From the NCBI GenBank assembly GCA_964642155.1, contig CAZXNT010000001.1, forward strand, positions 83 to 64,082: a DNA stretch of 64,000 nucleotides, read 5' to 3'. The DNA comes from an uncultured Candidatus Saccharibacteria bacterium (GTDB lineage Bacteria > Patescibacteriota > Minisyncoccia > UBA6257 > UBA9933). The translations under genes and the position numbers were made by a program. Each line of letters starts with the position of its first letter. Positions within the stretch are counted from its first letter, which is position 1. Positions 27,285 to 38,092 of the stretch are shown in pieces. The notes under the pieces were generated by a model. It searched no databases, had not been told where the DNA came from, and saw only the letters and a list, made by a program, of their open reading frames with translations.

Positions 27285-27676
27285 TCCCTCTAATCTTTTT
27301 GACTAGCATAAACACCTCCTTAATTTTAAAAATTAGAATTGGGCGGGAGTTGGGGCTCCAGCATTTTATTTACGTTACTGTTACTGATTGGCACTTTTTG
27401 CAAGTAATGTCTTTTTTTTCACCATTACCTCTTGCCACATAAATTCCCAAATCAGCTCCGCAGGCAGCAGTTATCAGCGTTTGTATGCTAGTAACCTTAT
27501 AAACAAGCTTATGAACGTATGGTTTTTTACTGAAAGCCATCTTACAAAGTTCCATAAATCCTCCTTTTCTGCTAGTTTTTGATAGCTCAATTCTGATTTT
27601 TTATTTTTAATTTTAGAGAACTGTACCTAATCTATGGATTTTAACGCTTATTTGCGTTAATATTATTATACATACA

Positions 27677-28207
27677 ATGAAAATTTTAACAATAGACAAT
27701 AAAAAAGAAGAGAAATTTTTGTGGCGGAAAACCGCGGATTTTGACTTCCAAATGTTTACTAAAAAAGAAATAAACGAATTGATTAAAAAGATGAAGGAAA
27801 TAATGCTCCAAGCTAACGGCATCGGACTTTCGGCAAATCAAGTCGGCTTGAATTTAAAAATGTTTGTCGCTTTAATTCCGAAAAAACCTTTGAAACGGGA
27901 CGAAAGAAATAAAATCATCATACCTTCTCCCGACGAAGCGAAATTCTACGCGATTTTCAATCCGGAAATAATAAAATTTTCCAAACAAACAGAAGTAATT
28001 GAAGAGGGTTGTTTAAGCGTTCCCGGAGTTCTCGGCGAAGTGGAGCGACCGAAAAAAATTACTATAATTGATTTTGACAAAAATGGCCGCAAAATAAAAA
28101 TCAAAGCCGACGGGCTGACTGCCAGAGTTTTCCAACACGAAACAGACCACCTTAATGGGATTTTATTTATTGATAAAGCAAAAAATATTAAGAAAATAGA
28201 AATATGA
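27677..28207 (+). CDS. def: Peptide deformylase
   Basis: GIGLSANQVG, EGCLSVPG and HETDHLNG motifs. Confidence 0.9.
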   Translation: MKILTIDNKKEEKFLWRKTADFDFQMFTKKEINELIKKMKEIMLQANGIGLSANQVGLNLKMFVALIPKKPLKRDERNKIIIPSPDEAKFYAIFNPEIIKFSKQTEVIEEGCLSVPGVLGEVERPKKITIIDFDKNGRKIKIKADGLTARVFQHETDHLNGILFIDKAKNIKKIEI

Positions 28208-29064
28208 AATTTGTATTTTTTGGAACACCGGAATTTGCGGCGATTATTTTAGAAAAACTTATCAAAGCCGGCTATATTCCCTCGACTGTTATTTGTAATC
28301 CCGACAAACCGGTTGGCAGGAAAAAAATAATCACGCCTCCGCCGGTAAAAACGAGAGTTATGAATTATGATTTAGGAATTAAGAATAAAATACAAATTTT
28401 ACAACCAGAAAATCTTAAATCATACATCTTAAATCTTAAATCTTTTAGGCCTGATTTTTTCGTAGTAGCGGCATATAGCCAAATAATCCCAAAAGAAATT
28501 TTGGAAATCCCGCGGTTTGGAACAATCGGCGTCCATCCCTCGCTTTTGCCCCGCTCGCGGGGCGCCACTCCTATTCAAACCGCAATCTTAAACGGCGATA
28601 AAATCACCGGAACAACGCTTTATTTAATGGACGAAAAAATTGACCACGGCGCTATTATAGCGAATTCAGAATTCAGAATTCAGAATTCAGAATGGAATTA
28701 TGAAACATTAATGCGGAAACTGGCGGAATTAAGCGCGGATTTACTAATTGAAACCCTGCCGGATATTGAAGAAAAAATAAAAAACGCGGCGGCGCAAAAC
28801 GAATCTCAATCCACTTACACCAAAAAATTCTCAACCGAAGACGCTTTTATAAAACCCGATGACTTAGAAGAAGCAAAAAATGAAGGCGGGAAAATCGCAC
28901 TTGAAATAGAAAGAAAAATCTGGGCCCTTAATCCAGAACCCGGAACTTTCACTTTTATGGATAATAAGCGTGTAAAACTTCTAGAAGCGAAAATCAGCAA
29001 TGGGAAATTAAAACTGACAAAAATCCAAGTTGAAGGCAAAAAACCAACAATATTACTATATTAA
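28204..29064 (+). CDS. fmt: Methionyl-tRNA formyltransferase (contains an in-frame GAATTCA x3 heptamer repeat)
   Basis: N-terminal FFGTPEFA; SLLPRSRGATPIQTAILNGD; 286 aa. Confidence 0.85.
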   Translation: MKFVFFGTPEFAAIILEKLIKAGYIPSTVICNPDKPVGRKKIITPPPVKTRVMNYDLGIKNKIQILQPENLKSYILNLKSFRPDFFVVAAYSQIIPKEILEIPRFGTIGVHPSLLPRSRGATPIQTAILNGDKITGTTLYLMDEKIDHGAIIANSEFRIQNSEWNYETLMRKLAELSADLLIETLPDIEEKIKNAAAQNESQSTYTKKFSTEDAFIKPDDLEEAKNEGGKIALEIERKIWALNPEPGTFTFMDNKRVKLLEAKISNGKLKLTKIQVEGKKPTILLY

Positions 29065-29106
29065 ACGCAAGAAAAAAATTTTTCTGAAACCTAAACGGAA
29101 GCGCAA

Positions 29107-29134
29107 CCCAGCACATAACAAGTTATGTGCTGGG
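29107..29134. terminator. Bidirectional intrinsic terminator hairpin between convergent fmt and rpoC, nested inside a longer inverted repeat (29066-29168)
   Basis: CCCAGCACATAAC AA GTTATGTGCTGGG is a perfect 13-bp stem. It is flanked by CGCAAGAAAAAAATTTTT / AAAAATTTTTTTCTTGCG. Confidence 0.6.
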
Positions 29135-29168
29135 TGTGAGCGGGTTGAAGAAAAATTTTTTTCTTGCG

Positions 29169-32100
29169 TTATATCTCTTTCTTTATCCCTGTTCCTGCCG
29201 GAATTAATCTGCCGATAATAACGTTTTCTTTTAAGCCTTTTAGTTTATCTTCCTTACTTTCACAGGCAGCGGCAACAAGCACGCGCGCCGTTTCCTGAAA
29301 AGACGCCGCTGATAAAAAGCTGGCAGTGGTGAGAGAGACTTTTGTAATTCCCATTAAAAGCTGTTTTGCCAAAGACGGATTCTTGCCTTTCTTTTTCATT
29401 TCTCTGTTGGCCTCCATTAAAAGGCCTTTTTCCACTATTTCGCCGGGAACAAAATTCGTGTCGCCGGATTCCTTAATCATCACACGCGAAAACATTTGCT
29501 TGACGATTATTTCAAGATGCTTATCGTTGATGGCGCTTCCCTCAGAAGCGTAAATCCTTTGCACTTCGTTAATAATATAACGCTCAGTCGTTTCTTTTCC
29601 TTTAAATTTAAAAAGCTCCTGCAAATCAACGCTTCCCTCGCAAAGCTGGTCGCCGATTGAAACACTGTCTTTCGGTTTGACGAAAATCATAGCCGCCGAT
29701 GCCACCGGATATTCAACAATCTTTGATTTTTTCTTTTTATCAACGATCTTCAATAAAATCACTTTAAGATTTTTGCGCTGTTCAATATCTTCAATCACGC
29801 CATCCGCTTCCGCCAAATAAGCTTTTCCTTTTGGGATACGGACTTCAAACAATTCCTGGATTCTTTGTAAACCGTGCGTAATGTCAACACCCGCCACGCC
29901 TCCGGTATGGAATGTCCTCAAAGTAAGCTGAGTTCCCGGTTCTCCAATTGATTGAGCCGCTACCACGCCGACTGCTTCGCCGATTTCAATTGGCCGAGTT
30001 TTTGATAAATCGTATCCGTAGCATTTTGAACAAATACCCGAAGCTGCTTTACATTCCATAGGAGACCTTACTTCCACTTGATCAATTGAAGAATTTTCAA
30101 CTGCTTGAGTGGCTTGCCGGCTTATAATTTCTCCTGACTTAATCAAAACTTTATTTCCAACCTTAATGTCATTGAAGCTGGTTCTCCCAAAAATTCTCTG
30201 GCTAAAAGAAACGCCATAATCATCGCCGTCTTTGCGAACAATAGTTCTGCCCTTCGTCGTTTTGCAATCTTCTTCCCTTATTATCAAATCCTGAGAAACA
30301 TCAACTAACCGCCTGGTTAGATATCCGGCCTGAGCGGTTTTCAATGCGGTGTCGGTTAATCCTTTTCTGGCGCCGTGCGTGTTAATAAAAAATTCCAAAA
30401 CGCTTAATCCTTCTTTATAAGACGACTTGATCGGCAATTCAATCGTTTCTCCTTGCGGGTTCGCCACTAATCCTTTCATACCCATCATTTGAATCGGCTG
30501 AGACCATGAACCGCGGCTTCCAGAATCAATAATTGAATAAACCGAGCCGTTAGGGTCAAGAGTTTTCGGCACCACCTTGGCGATTTCATCCTTAGCCTTA
30601 TCCCAAGCGCTGATAATTCTCACGTGTCGTTCAAAATCGGTTAAAAGGCCCTCTTCAAATTGCTCCTTTATATTATTTACTTCTTTTTCAGCCACGCTTA
30701 CAATTTTATTTTTTTCCAAAGGAACAATTAAATCATCCATCCCCCAACTAACGCCGGAATAAGCCGAATATTTAAACCCTAATTTCTTGATTTCATCCAA
30801 AATTTTCCAGATGTCTTCCAATCCGTATTTATCTATAAGTCCTGAAAGTAATTTCCCAAGCTCTTTTTTATCCATTGTTTTATTAACAAATCCAAAATCT
30901 TCCGGAACGATTTTGTTGAAAATCAATCTGCCGACACTGGTGACTGTCAATTCTTCCGTTTCCGGCAATCTCACTTTAATCAATTCATTAATTTTAACGC
31001 TGTTGAATTCGCAAGCCATAATCGCTTCTTCCGGGCCAAAAAAAGTTTTCATCTTTTTGGTTTCTTTCTCATTCTCATCTTTTATCTTCGTCAAAAAATA
31101 ACAGCCCAAAACAATGTCTTGCGTCGGCTGAGCAACCGGATCGCCGCTCGCCGGCTTTAAAATATTACGAGAGGCAAGCATTAATTCAGAAGCTTCTTTT
31201 TGCGCTTCTTCAGAAAGCGGCAAATGAACGGCCATTTGGTCGCCGTCGAAATCAGCATTAAACGCCGCGCAAACCATCGGCGGAATTCTAATCGCCAAAT
31301 CTTCGATTAAAACGACTTTAAACGCCTGAATACCCAAACGGTGCAAAGTGGGCGCCCTATTAAGCAAAACTTTTTTATCTTTTATAACTTCTTCTAAAAT
31401 TCCCCAAATTTCCGAAGTGGCGGCATCTATTAAACGATTGGCATTTCTAATATTATAAGCCATGCCTCTTTTGATTATTTCGCTGATAATAAACGGCTTA
31501 AAAAGTTCCAAAGCCATTTTTTTTGGTAAACCGCAAGTATCAAGCGGCAATTCCGGTCCGACAACAATAACCGAACGCCCCGAATAATCAACGCGCTTTC
31601 CAAGTAAATTTTGACGAAAACGACCTTCTTTTCCCTTAAGGATATCGGCTAAAGATTTAAGTGGCCGACGCTGAGACGACATTTGTTGCTGACTGCCAAA
31701 ACGAGCGGAATTGTCAATTAAAGAATCAACGGCTTCCTGCAACATTCTTTTTTCATTAGTAACAATAATTTCCGGCGCTTTGATTTCTAAAAGTTTTTTC
31801 AAACGATTATTACGATTTATCACTCTTCTATAAAGGTCATTGAGGTCGGAAGTAGCATATCGGCCGCCGTCAAGCGCCACCATCGGTCGAAGGTCCGGGG
31901 GCAAGATAGGCAAAATAGTAAATATCAACCATTCCGGCCGCATTTTATTTTTTATAAATGAATTGATTATCTTTGACTTATAAAGAAGTTTTTTCTGGCG
32001 AATTGAATCTCTGCCACTTTCTATTTCTTTCTCTATTTTTGCCGCTTCTTTTTCCAAATTTATTTTTTCCAAAATTTTTCTGATTGTTTCCGCGCCGCTT

Positions 32101-32714
32101 CCGGCTTCAAAAACTGTAGAGAATTTTTTTGACAAACTGAAATACTCTGCTTCGTTTAAAATTTTGCCAACCGAAATTGAAGCAAGCAGATCTTTGGTTT
32201 TTTTTGCTTCTTCTTCAAATTCTTTGCTTTTTTCTTTGACAATTGTCTTTTTTCTCGCCTTAAATTCCTTGTCTATTTCTTCAAGAATTTCTTTCTTATT
32301 ATCTTCATTAACCGACATTACGATGTAAGCGGCGTAATAAATGACTCTTGCCAATTTTTGAATAGGCGCATCAATAAACAAACCGATTCTTGACGGCACG
32401 CTTTTTAAAAACCAAATGTGGGACACCGGAGCCGCTAAAACAATATGTCCCATTCTTTCACGCCGTACGGACGACTTAATAACATCAACGCCGCATTTGT
32501 CGCATTTTATCCCTTTATAGCGGATTTTTTTATATTTGCCGCAATAACATTCGTAATCTTTAGTCGGACCAAAAATGCGCTCGGAAAAAAGTCCGTCGCG
32601 TTCCGGACGCTGGGTTCTATAATTAATGGTTTCCGGTTTTATCACCTCGCCGTGCGACCATGATAAAATTTTTTCCGGAGACGCTATTTGTATTTTTAAT
32701 GATTTAAAATCCAT
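29169..32714 (-). CDS. rpoC: DNA-directed RNA polymerase subunit beta-prime
   Basis: 1181 aa; NADFDGD active site; zinc-binding Cys motifs; full beta-prime architecture. Confidence 0.95.
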   Translation of the reverse strand: MDFKSLKIQIASPEKILSWSHGEVIKPETINYRTQRPERDGLFSERIFGPTKDYECYCGKYKKIRYKGIKCDKCGVDVIKSSVRRERMGHIVLAAPVSHIWFLKSVPSRIGLFIDAPIQKLARVIYYAAYIVMSVNEDNKKEILEEIDKEFKARKKTIVKEKSKEFEEEAKKTKDLLASISVGKILNEAEYFSLSKKFSTVFEAGSGAETIRKILEKINLEKEAAKIEKEIESGRDSIRQKKLLYKSKIINSFIKNKMRPEWLIFTILPILPPDLRPMVALDGGRYATSDLNDLYRRVINRNNRLKKLLEIKAPEIIVTNEKRMLQEAVDSLIDNSARFGSQQQMSSQRRPLKSLADILKGKEGRFRQNLLGKRVDYSGRSVIVVGPELPLDTCGLPKKMALELFKPFIISEIIKRGMAYNIRNANRLIDAATSEIWGILEEVIKDKKVLLNRAPTLHRLGIQAFKVVLIEDLAIRIPPMVCAAFNADFDGDQMAVHLPLSEEAQKEASELMLASRNILKPASGDPVAQPTQDIVLGCYFLTKIKDENEKETKKMKTFFGPEEAIMACEFNSVKINELIKVRLPETEELTVTSVGRLIFNKIVPEDFGFVNKTMDKKELGKLLSGLIDKYGLEDIWKILDEIKKLGFKYSAYSGVSWGMDDLIVPLEKNKIVSVAEKEVNNIKEQFEEGLLTDFERHVRIISAWDKAKDEIAKVVPKTLDPNGSVYSIIDSGSRGSWSQPIQMMGMKGLVANPQGETIELPIKSSYKEGLSVLEFFINTHGARKGLTDTALKTAQAGYLTRRLVDVSQDLIIREEDCKTTKGRTIVRKDGDDYGVSFSQRIFGRTSFNDIKVGNKVLIKSGEIISRQATQAVENSSIDQVEVRSPMECKAASGICSKCYGYDLSKTRPIEIGEAVGVVAAQSIGEPGTQLTLRTFHTGGVAGVDITHGLQRIQELFEVRIPKGKAYLAEADGVIEDIEQRKNLKVILLKIVDKKKKSKIVEYPVASAAMIFVKPKDSVSIGDQLCEGSVDLQELFKFKGKETTERYIINEVQRIYASEGSAINDKHLEIIVKQMFSRVMIKESGDTNFVPGEIVEKGLLMEANREMKKKGKNPSLAKQLLMGITKVSLTTASFLSAASFQETARVLVAAACESKEDKLKGLKENVIIGRLIPAGTGIKKEI

Positions 32715-32729
32715 AACTTTGAAACTTTT

Positions 32730-35700
32730 TTACTCCTTTGGTTCTATGTCCAACCCCAGCGCTTTAATTTCATTTAATAAAACATTAAAGGCTGAAGGAG
32801 TATTCGGATTTTTAATTTTTTCATTTCTGATTATCGCTTCAAAAGTGGCGGTTCTGCCCAATACGTCATCTGATTTGATCGTTAGAATTTCTTGAAGAGT
32901 ATAAGCCGCTCCGTATCCTTCTAATGCCCAAACTTCCATTTCTCCGAATCTCTGCCCTCCAAATTGGGCTTTTCCTCCGAGCGGCTGCTGAGTAATTAAA
33001 GAATAAGGGCCGATTGACCTCATGTGAATTTTATCTTCAACCAAATGGTTAAGCTTCATTATATAAATATAACCGACTGTTACCGGAACAGGAAAAGCGT
33101 CTCCCGTCCTACCGTCAATAACTTTTAATTTCCCGTCAGTCGGAAAACCGGCTTTTTTAAGCTCATCTTTTATTTCATCTTCCGTGGCGCCGCAGAAAAT
33201 CGGCGACACCGCGCGATAACCCAATTTGCCGGCCGCCAAACCCAAATGTGTTTCCAAAATCTGCCCCAAGTTCATTCTGGAAGCGACTCCGAGCGGATTC
33301 AAAATAATATCAACCGGCGTGCCATCTTCAAGATAAGGCATATCTTCCACCGGCCTGATTTGCGAAATAACGCCTTTATTGCCGTGCCGACCGGCCAATT
33401 TATCGCCGGCTCTCACTTTTCTCAATTGCGCCACTTCCACCTGGATTCTTTTAATGATTCCCGGCTCAAGTTTATCTCCATGGTCGCGCGAAAATATTTT
33501 TACTCCAACCACTCGTCCGGATTTTCCGTGCGGCATAACCAACGAAGTGTCTTTAATATCGCGGGCTTTTTCTCCAAAAATCGCTCTTAATAATTTTTCC
33601 TCCGAAGATACTTCCGCTTCTCCCTTGGGGGAAATTTTCCCCACTAAAATATCATTTGCTTTTACTTCAGCGCCAACTCTAATAATTCCTTCTTCATCAA
33701 GGTTTTTTAATTTTTCCTCAGAAACATTGGGAATGTCGGAACTGGTCATTTCCGCACCAAGTTTTGTCTCGCGAACATCGCAATAAAAATCTTCTATATG
33801 AATGGAAGTAAATAAGTCGTCCCTCACAACTCTTTCGGAAAGAATTATGGCATCCTCAAAATTGGCTCCTTCCCATGAGATAAAAGAAACAAGAAGATTT
33901 TGTCCTAAGGCCAGCGCGCCGTTATCAATGGAAGCGCCGTCCGCCAACACGTCCCCTTTTTTCACTTTCTGCCCTTTCTCCACCAACGGTTGCTGCGAAA
34001 TACAAGTGAAATAATTTGACCTCTTAAATTTATAAAAATTATAAATTTTTTTCTTTCCAGAAGAATCTTCAACAACAATTTTATTAGCGTCAACTTCAAC
34101 AACCGCGCCATCCGTCTGGCTGATAACCGCTCTTCCCGAATCAACGGCGGCTTTTTCTTCCATACCGGTTGAAACCAAAGGAACAGACGGCTTTATGGAA
34201 GGAACCGCTTGACGTTGCATGTTTGAACCCATAAGCGCTCTGTTGGCGTCGTCATGTTCCAAGAACGGAATCAAAGCAGTGGCCATACTAGTCATTTGGT
34301 TGGGCGCCACATCAATAAAATCAACCTCTTCTTTTTGGCAAACCGTCGGCTTTCCTTTATGACGTATTTCCACAACTTCGTCTTTTATTTTATTATTTTC
34401 TATTTTAGTGCTTCCTTGAGCGATTTTATATTTTTCTTCTTCAATGGCGTCAAACCAAACAATTTCATTCTGAATTTTGCCGTTTTTAACTCTGACGTAC
34501 GGCGTTTCCAAAAAACCGAGATTATTGATTTTGGCGAAATTTGACAACCGGTTTATTAAACCGATATTTTGGCCTTCCGGAGTTTGAATCGGACAAATTC
34601 TGCCATAATGGGAAATGTGAACGTCGCGCACTTCAAAACCGGCGCGCTCTCTTGTAAGGCCACCCGGCCCCATTGAAGAAAGCAAACGCTTATGTTCAAG
34701 CTCGGCCAAGGGATTTATCTGGTCCATAAATTGGGATAATTGAGAAGTGGTGAAAAATTCCCTGACAATCGCCACTAATGGCCTGGTATTGACTATTTGA
34801 ACCGGCGTTAAAGTATTAATATCCAACGTTGACATTCTATCGGTGGCAATTCTGCGCAAACGCGCAAAACCTATGCGTAATCGGCTTTGAAGAAGTTCCC
34901 CCACTGACTTAACGCGGCGATTTCCCAAATGGTCAATATCGTCCGGCTCAGCCGCGGGATTATTATTCAGACGAATTATTTCCTTAATGATTAAAATTAT
35001 GTCATCAACGTTAAGAACGGGTTCTTTCTTTTCCTTAATATCAAGACGTTGATTGAATTTAAAGCGTCCCGGGTCAGACAAATTATATCTGTCTTTTCTC
35101 TCAAACATCGCGTCTATTAAATTTTTGGCATTTTCAAAAGTCGCCAAATCACCGGGTCTTAATCTTTTATAAACCTCGGCGTAAGAATCCTGAATTATCT
35201 TACTGCCGCTTTTTTTAACGGTAGTCTCAATGAATTTAATCTGACCGTTGTCAATGTCGGAAAAGAATTTAATAACATCATCATTATTTTCAAATTTTTT
35301 CTGTTTGGCAATTGAAGCGAATACTTTCAATAAATCCGAAGCTGCGGCTTTACGATGGCGGTCTATTTTTACTCCGATAAAACCATCGGGGTCGGTTTCA
35401 AATTCAAGCCAGCTTCCGCGATCGGGAATGACCTTGGCGCCGAAAAGTTTACGACCGCGGTAATTTTTAGCGGTAAAATAAACTCCCGGCGAACGAATAA
35501 GCTGGGAAACAACCACTCTCTCAACTCCATTAATTATAAATGTTCCGCGGGAAGTTATTATCGGAAAATCTCCGATATAAATCTCTTGCTCCTTAGTTTC
35601 TTTGGTAAAATTATTGACTAATTTAACTTTGGCTCTTAGTGGCGCTTCAAATGTTAAATCCTTGGACCAAGCCGTTTCTTCATCATACTTCGGCTCGTCA

Positions 35701-35894
35701 AAATAATAATCCATGAAATAAAGTTCCAATTCTTTGCCACTTGGATCTTTAATCGGAGAAATTTCATTAAAAAGTTCTTTGATTCCTTTTTGAACAAGCC
35801 AATCCCACGAGGAATGTTGAATTTCCGCCAAAAACGGCTGTTTAATTAAAGCGCCCGGATGAGATGAAAAAATTTTAGTTTGCAATTTAGCCAT
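32730..35894 (-). CDS. rpoB: DNA-directed RNA polymerase subunit beta
   Basis: 1054 aa; conserved beta-subunit blocks (GDKLAGRHGNKGV, etc.). Confidence 0.95.
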   Translation of the reverse strand: MAKLQTKIFSSHPGALIKQPFLAEIQHSSWDWLVQKGIKELFNEISPIKDPSGKELELYFMDYYFDEPKYDEETAWSKDLTFEAPLRAKVKLVNNFTKETKEQEIYIGDFPIITSRGTFIINGVERVVVSQLIRSPGVYFTAKNYRGRKLFGAKVIPDRGSWLEFETDPDGFIGVKIDRHRKAAASDLLKVFASIAKQKKFENNDDVIKFFSDIDNGQIKFIETTVKKSGSKIIQDSYAEVYKRLRPGDLATFENAKNLIDAMFERKDRYNLSDPGRFKFNQRLDIKEKKEPVLNVDDIILIIKEIIRLNNNPAAEPDDIDHLGNRRVKSVGELLQSRLRIGFARLRRIATDRMSTLDINTLTPVQIVNTRPLVAIVREFFTTSQLSQFMDQINPLAELEHKRLLSSMGPGGLTRERAGFEVRDVHISHYGRICPIQTPEGQNIGLINRLSNFAKINNLGFLETPYVRVKNGKIQNEIVWFDAIEEEKYKIAQGSTKIENNKIKDEVVEIRHKGKPTVCQKEEVDFIDVAPNQMTSMATALIPFLEHDDANRALMGSNMQRQAVPSIKPSVPLVSTGMEEKAAVDSGRAVISQTDGAVVEVDANKIVVEDSSGKKKIYNFYKFKRSNYFTCISQQPLVEKGQKVKKGDVLADGASIDNGALALGQNLLVSFISWEGANFEDAIILSERVVRDDLFTSIHIEDFYCDVRETKLGAEMTSSDIPNVSEEKLKNLDEEGIIRVGAEVKANDILVGKISPKGEAEVSSEEKLLRAIFGEKARDIKDTSLVMPHGKSGRVVGVKIFSRDHGDKLEPGIIKRIQVEVAQLRKVRAGDKLAGRHGNKGVISQIRPVEDMPYLEDGTPVDIILNPLGVASRMNLGQILETHLGLAAGKLGYRAVSPIFCGATEDEIKDELKKAGFPTDGKLKVIDGRTGDAFPVPVTVGYIYIMKLNHLVEDKIHMRSIGPYSLITQQPLGGKAQFGGQRFGEMEVWALEGYGAAYTLQEILTIKSDDVLGRTATFEAIIRNEKIKNPNTPSAFNVLLNEIKALGLDIEPKE

Positions 35895-35941
35895 AAAAAT
35901 AAAAATCCCTCCCTTCTGGTTTCGCGGGAATATGTTTTAGA

Positions 35942-37012
35942 TTATTTGTTGTTTAACAAATATTTAGCACGATTTATATTATGTTTTTCCAAATTTTCCG
36001 AAAAAATAGTTTTTTTAGTTTTGGGGTCGGAAAGGTAAAACCAGTATCCGGAATCCTTTTTTTCAATCACCGCTTTTATGGCGTCCAAACTTGGATTGGC
36101 AATCGGCGTCGGAGTCAACCCCAATCTAGTATAAGTGTTGTACGGCGAATCTTTTTTAAAATCATTTTTCACGAGCAACGGACATCCTGAAAATCTTCCG
36201 AAACATTTATTATATAAAATAGTAGCGTCAATTTGAACGGGCATTCCGATTTTCAATCTTTTCTCAATAATTCCGACCACTATCCGACGGTCATTATTAT
36301 CGGGAACTTCCTTTTCCAGATAAGACGCAATAGTTATCAATCTTAACACACCGCTGTTTTTTTTGTCAACCCCCCACATAGTTTGACTAAGCAAAGCAGC
36401 TTCCGCGCTATTCCCGATAATTGACGATAAACGAATAACCGCCATTGCCTTATTTTCAAAATTATCCAAAAATTTTTCGATTACTGAATCAATATTTGAA
36501 TCCTGGCGGAAATTATAAGTATCCGGCAATAAAAATCCCTCCAACAAAATCGCTTCGGATAAAAAATCATAACGGTTTTTTAATTCTTCAAATTTTCCGT
36601 AATTTATCAAATCGCCATCTTTGATAATATTCTCTTGCGACAACTTATCGTCAATTTCTTTAAGAGTCATTCCCGGAAAAATCAGTACTGGAATATCCCT
36701 TGGGCCGATTTTTAAAATACTGACCAATCCCGGAATTGAAACCGGAGAATTGAATTTATACCTGCCGTTCTGCAAACGATGCGCGCTGGCGCTTAAAAGC
36801 GCATAAATCTTAAAAACGGTTTTTGACCGGATAAGCCCGGACGCGTAAAGTTCATCCGTTATTTCGCTAAAACCGTCCCCCTTGGCAATATTAATAATAA
36901 CCGGCGCTTTATCCGATTTTAACGCCGGTTGTAATCCAATTATAAAAAAATTGACGCCAACGCCAATCAAAACTGCTCCAACAATAAAAATACTTATTAA
37001 AAAAGTTTTCAT
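35942..37012 (-). CDS. mltG: Endolytic murein transglycosylase MltG (YceG-like)
   Basis: N-terminal TM; YceG-like domain with NPYNTYTRLGLTPTPIANPSLDAI. Confidence 0.7.
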   Translation of the reverse strand: MKTFLISIFIVGAVLIGVGVNFFIIGLQPALKSDKAPVIINIAKGDGFSEITDELYASGLIRSKTVFKIYALLSASAHRLQNGRYKFNSPVSIPGLVSILKIGPRDIPVLIFPGMTLKEIDDKLSQENIIKDGDLINYGKFEELKNRYDFLSEAILLEGFLLPDTYNFRQDSNIDSVIEKFLDNFENKAMAVIRLSSIIGNSAEAALLSQTMWGVDKKNSGVLRLITIASYLEKEVPDNNDRRIVVGIIEKRLKIGMPVQIDATILYNKCFGRFSGCPLLVKNDFKKDSPYNTYTRLGLTPTPIANPSLDAIKAVIEKKDSGYWFYLSDPKTKKTIFSENLEKHNINRAKYLLNNK

Positions 37013-37021
37013 AATAATAGC

Positions 37022-38089
37022 TTATTTGCGGACAACGATGGATTGAATAATGCCTAAAATAATCAAATTAGTCAATAAACTGGAACCGCCATAGCTCAAA
37101 AACGGAAAAGTGACCCCAATAACCGGCATAAAACCTAAATTAGAGCCGATGTTTAAAATAAACTGGGTAATAAAAAGAATGGCCGATCCCAAGCAAATAA
37201 ACCGATTAAAATTAATTTCCGAATCAACCCCAATTCTGATTATTCTGAATATTAAAATAGTAAAAGTCGCTATCGCCAAAAAACCGCTGATTAGCCCGAA
37301 TTCTTCAATTAACGCCGCGAATATGAAATCCGTCTGGGCTTCGGGTAAAAAACCCAATTGGACCTGCGTCCCCTGCCCAAAACCTTTGCCGAAAAATCCG
37401 GCGGAACCAATAGCAATTTTTGATTGGATAACGTTGTAATTTATTCCCAGCGCGTCTCTTTCGGGAAAAAATACGCCTACAATTCTTTCTTTTTGATAAT
37501 CTTTCAAAACACTGAACCACATCGCAGTCGCGACAACAAAAAAAATCAATAAAGAAATAATTATATGTTTCGGCCGCAAACCGGAAACCAAAAGAAATCC
37601 AAACCATATAAAAAATAAAATAATGGCTGTTCCGAAATCCGGCTGAATTGCCACGAGTAAAGCCGGAATAAAAAAATAAACGAATGAAACCAATAAATTT
37701 GAAACTCTCGCTATGGAAATATGTTTTTTCTTAAAAAATCCGGCAAAAACGATAATCAGCGCGAGCTTGGCGAATTCCGAAGCCTGAAACTGGAAAGAAC
37801 CGACCATAAGCCATCCTTTAACTCCACGGACAACCGGCGCGAAAAAATAAGTGACGATTAAAAGCGCTATTATAATAAAATAAAATCCCAAAGTAATGCC
37901 GCGATAATTAATTAATGACCGCCAATCAAAAGCAATTATTAAAAAAACAAACGCGATGCCGATAAGCCAGAATAAAAGTTGTTTATAAAATAAATCCGGC
38001 TTGGCGCTCGCTAAACTTGACAGTCCGACGGCTCCCAAAAACAAAACCGCGAAATTCAATTTCCAATCCTGTTGCTTGATAATATTCAT
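37022..38089 (-). CDS. SEDS-family peptidoglycan glycosyltransferase (RodA/FtsW)
   Basis: Ten predicted TM helices with a RodA/FtsW-like pattern (FQPSEFAKLALII, PDFGTA...). Confidence 0.75.
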   Translation of the reverse strand: MNIIKQQDWKLNFAVLFLGAVGLSSLASAKPDLFYKQLLFWLIGIAFVFLIIAFDWRSLINYRGITLGFYFIIIALLIVTYFFAPVVRGVKGWLMVGSFQFQASEFAKLALIIVFAGFFKKKHISIARVSNLLVSFVYFFIPALLVAIQPDFGTAIILFFIWFGFLLVSGLRPKHIIISLLIFFVVATAMWFSVLKDYQKERIVGVFFPERDALGINYNVIQSKIAIGSAGFFGKGFGQGTQVQLGFLPEAQTDFIFAALIEEFGLISGFLAIATFTILIFRIIRIGVDSEINFNRFICLGSAILFITQFILNIGSNLGFMPVIGVTFPFLSYGGSSLLTNLIILGIIQSIVVRK

Positions 38090-38092
38090 GTT

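Noticed and set aside
27370-27555. A 61-aa minus-strand ORF with a CxxC pair as a zinc-finger gene
   Set aside because: It is short, unsupported, and lies in the decayed island region next to the integrase remnant. I left it out of the features.
29326-35621. Numerous 60-135-aa ORFs on the strand opposite rpoB/rpoC and other long genes
   Set aside because: They are embedded antisense in highly conserved large genes and have low-complexity translations.
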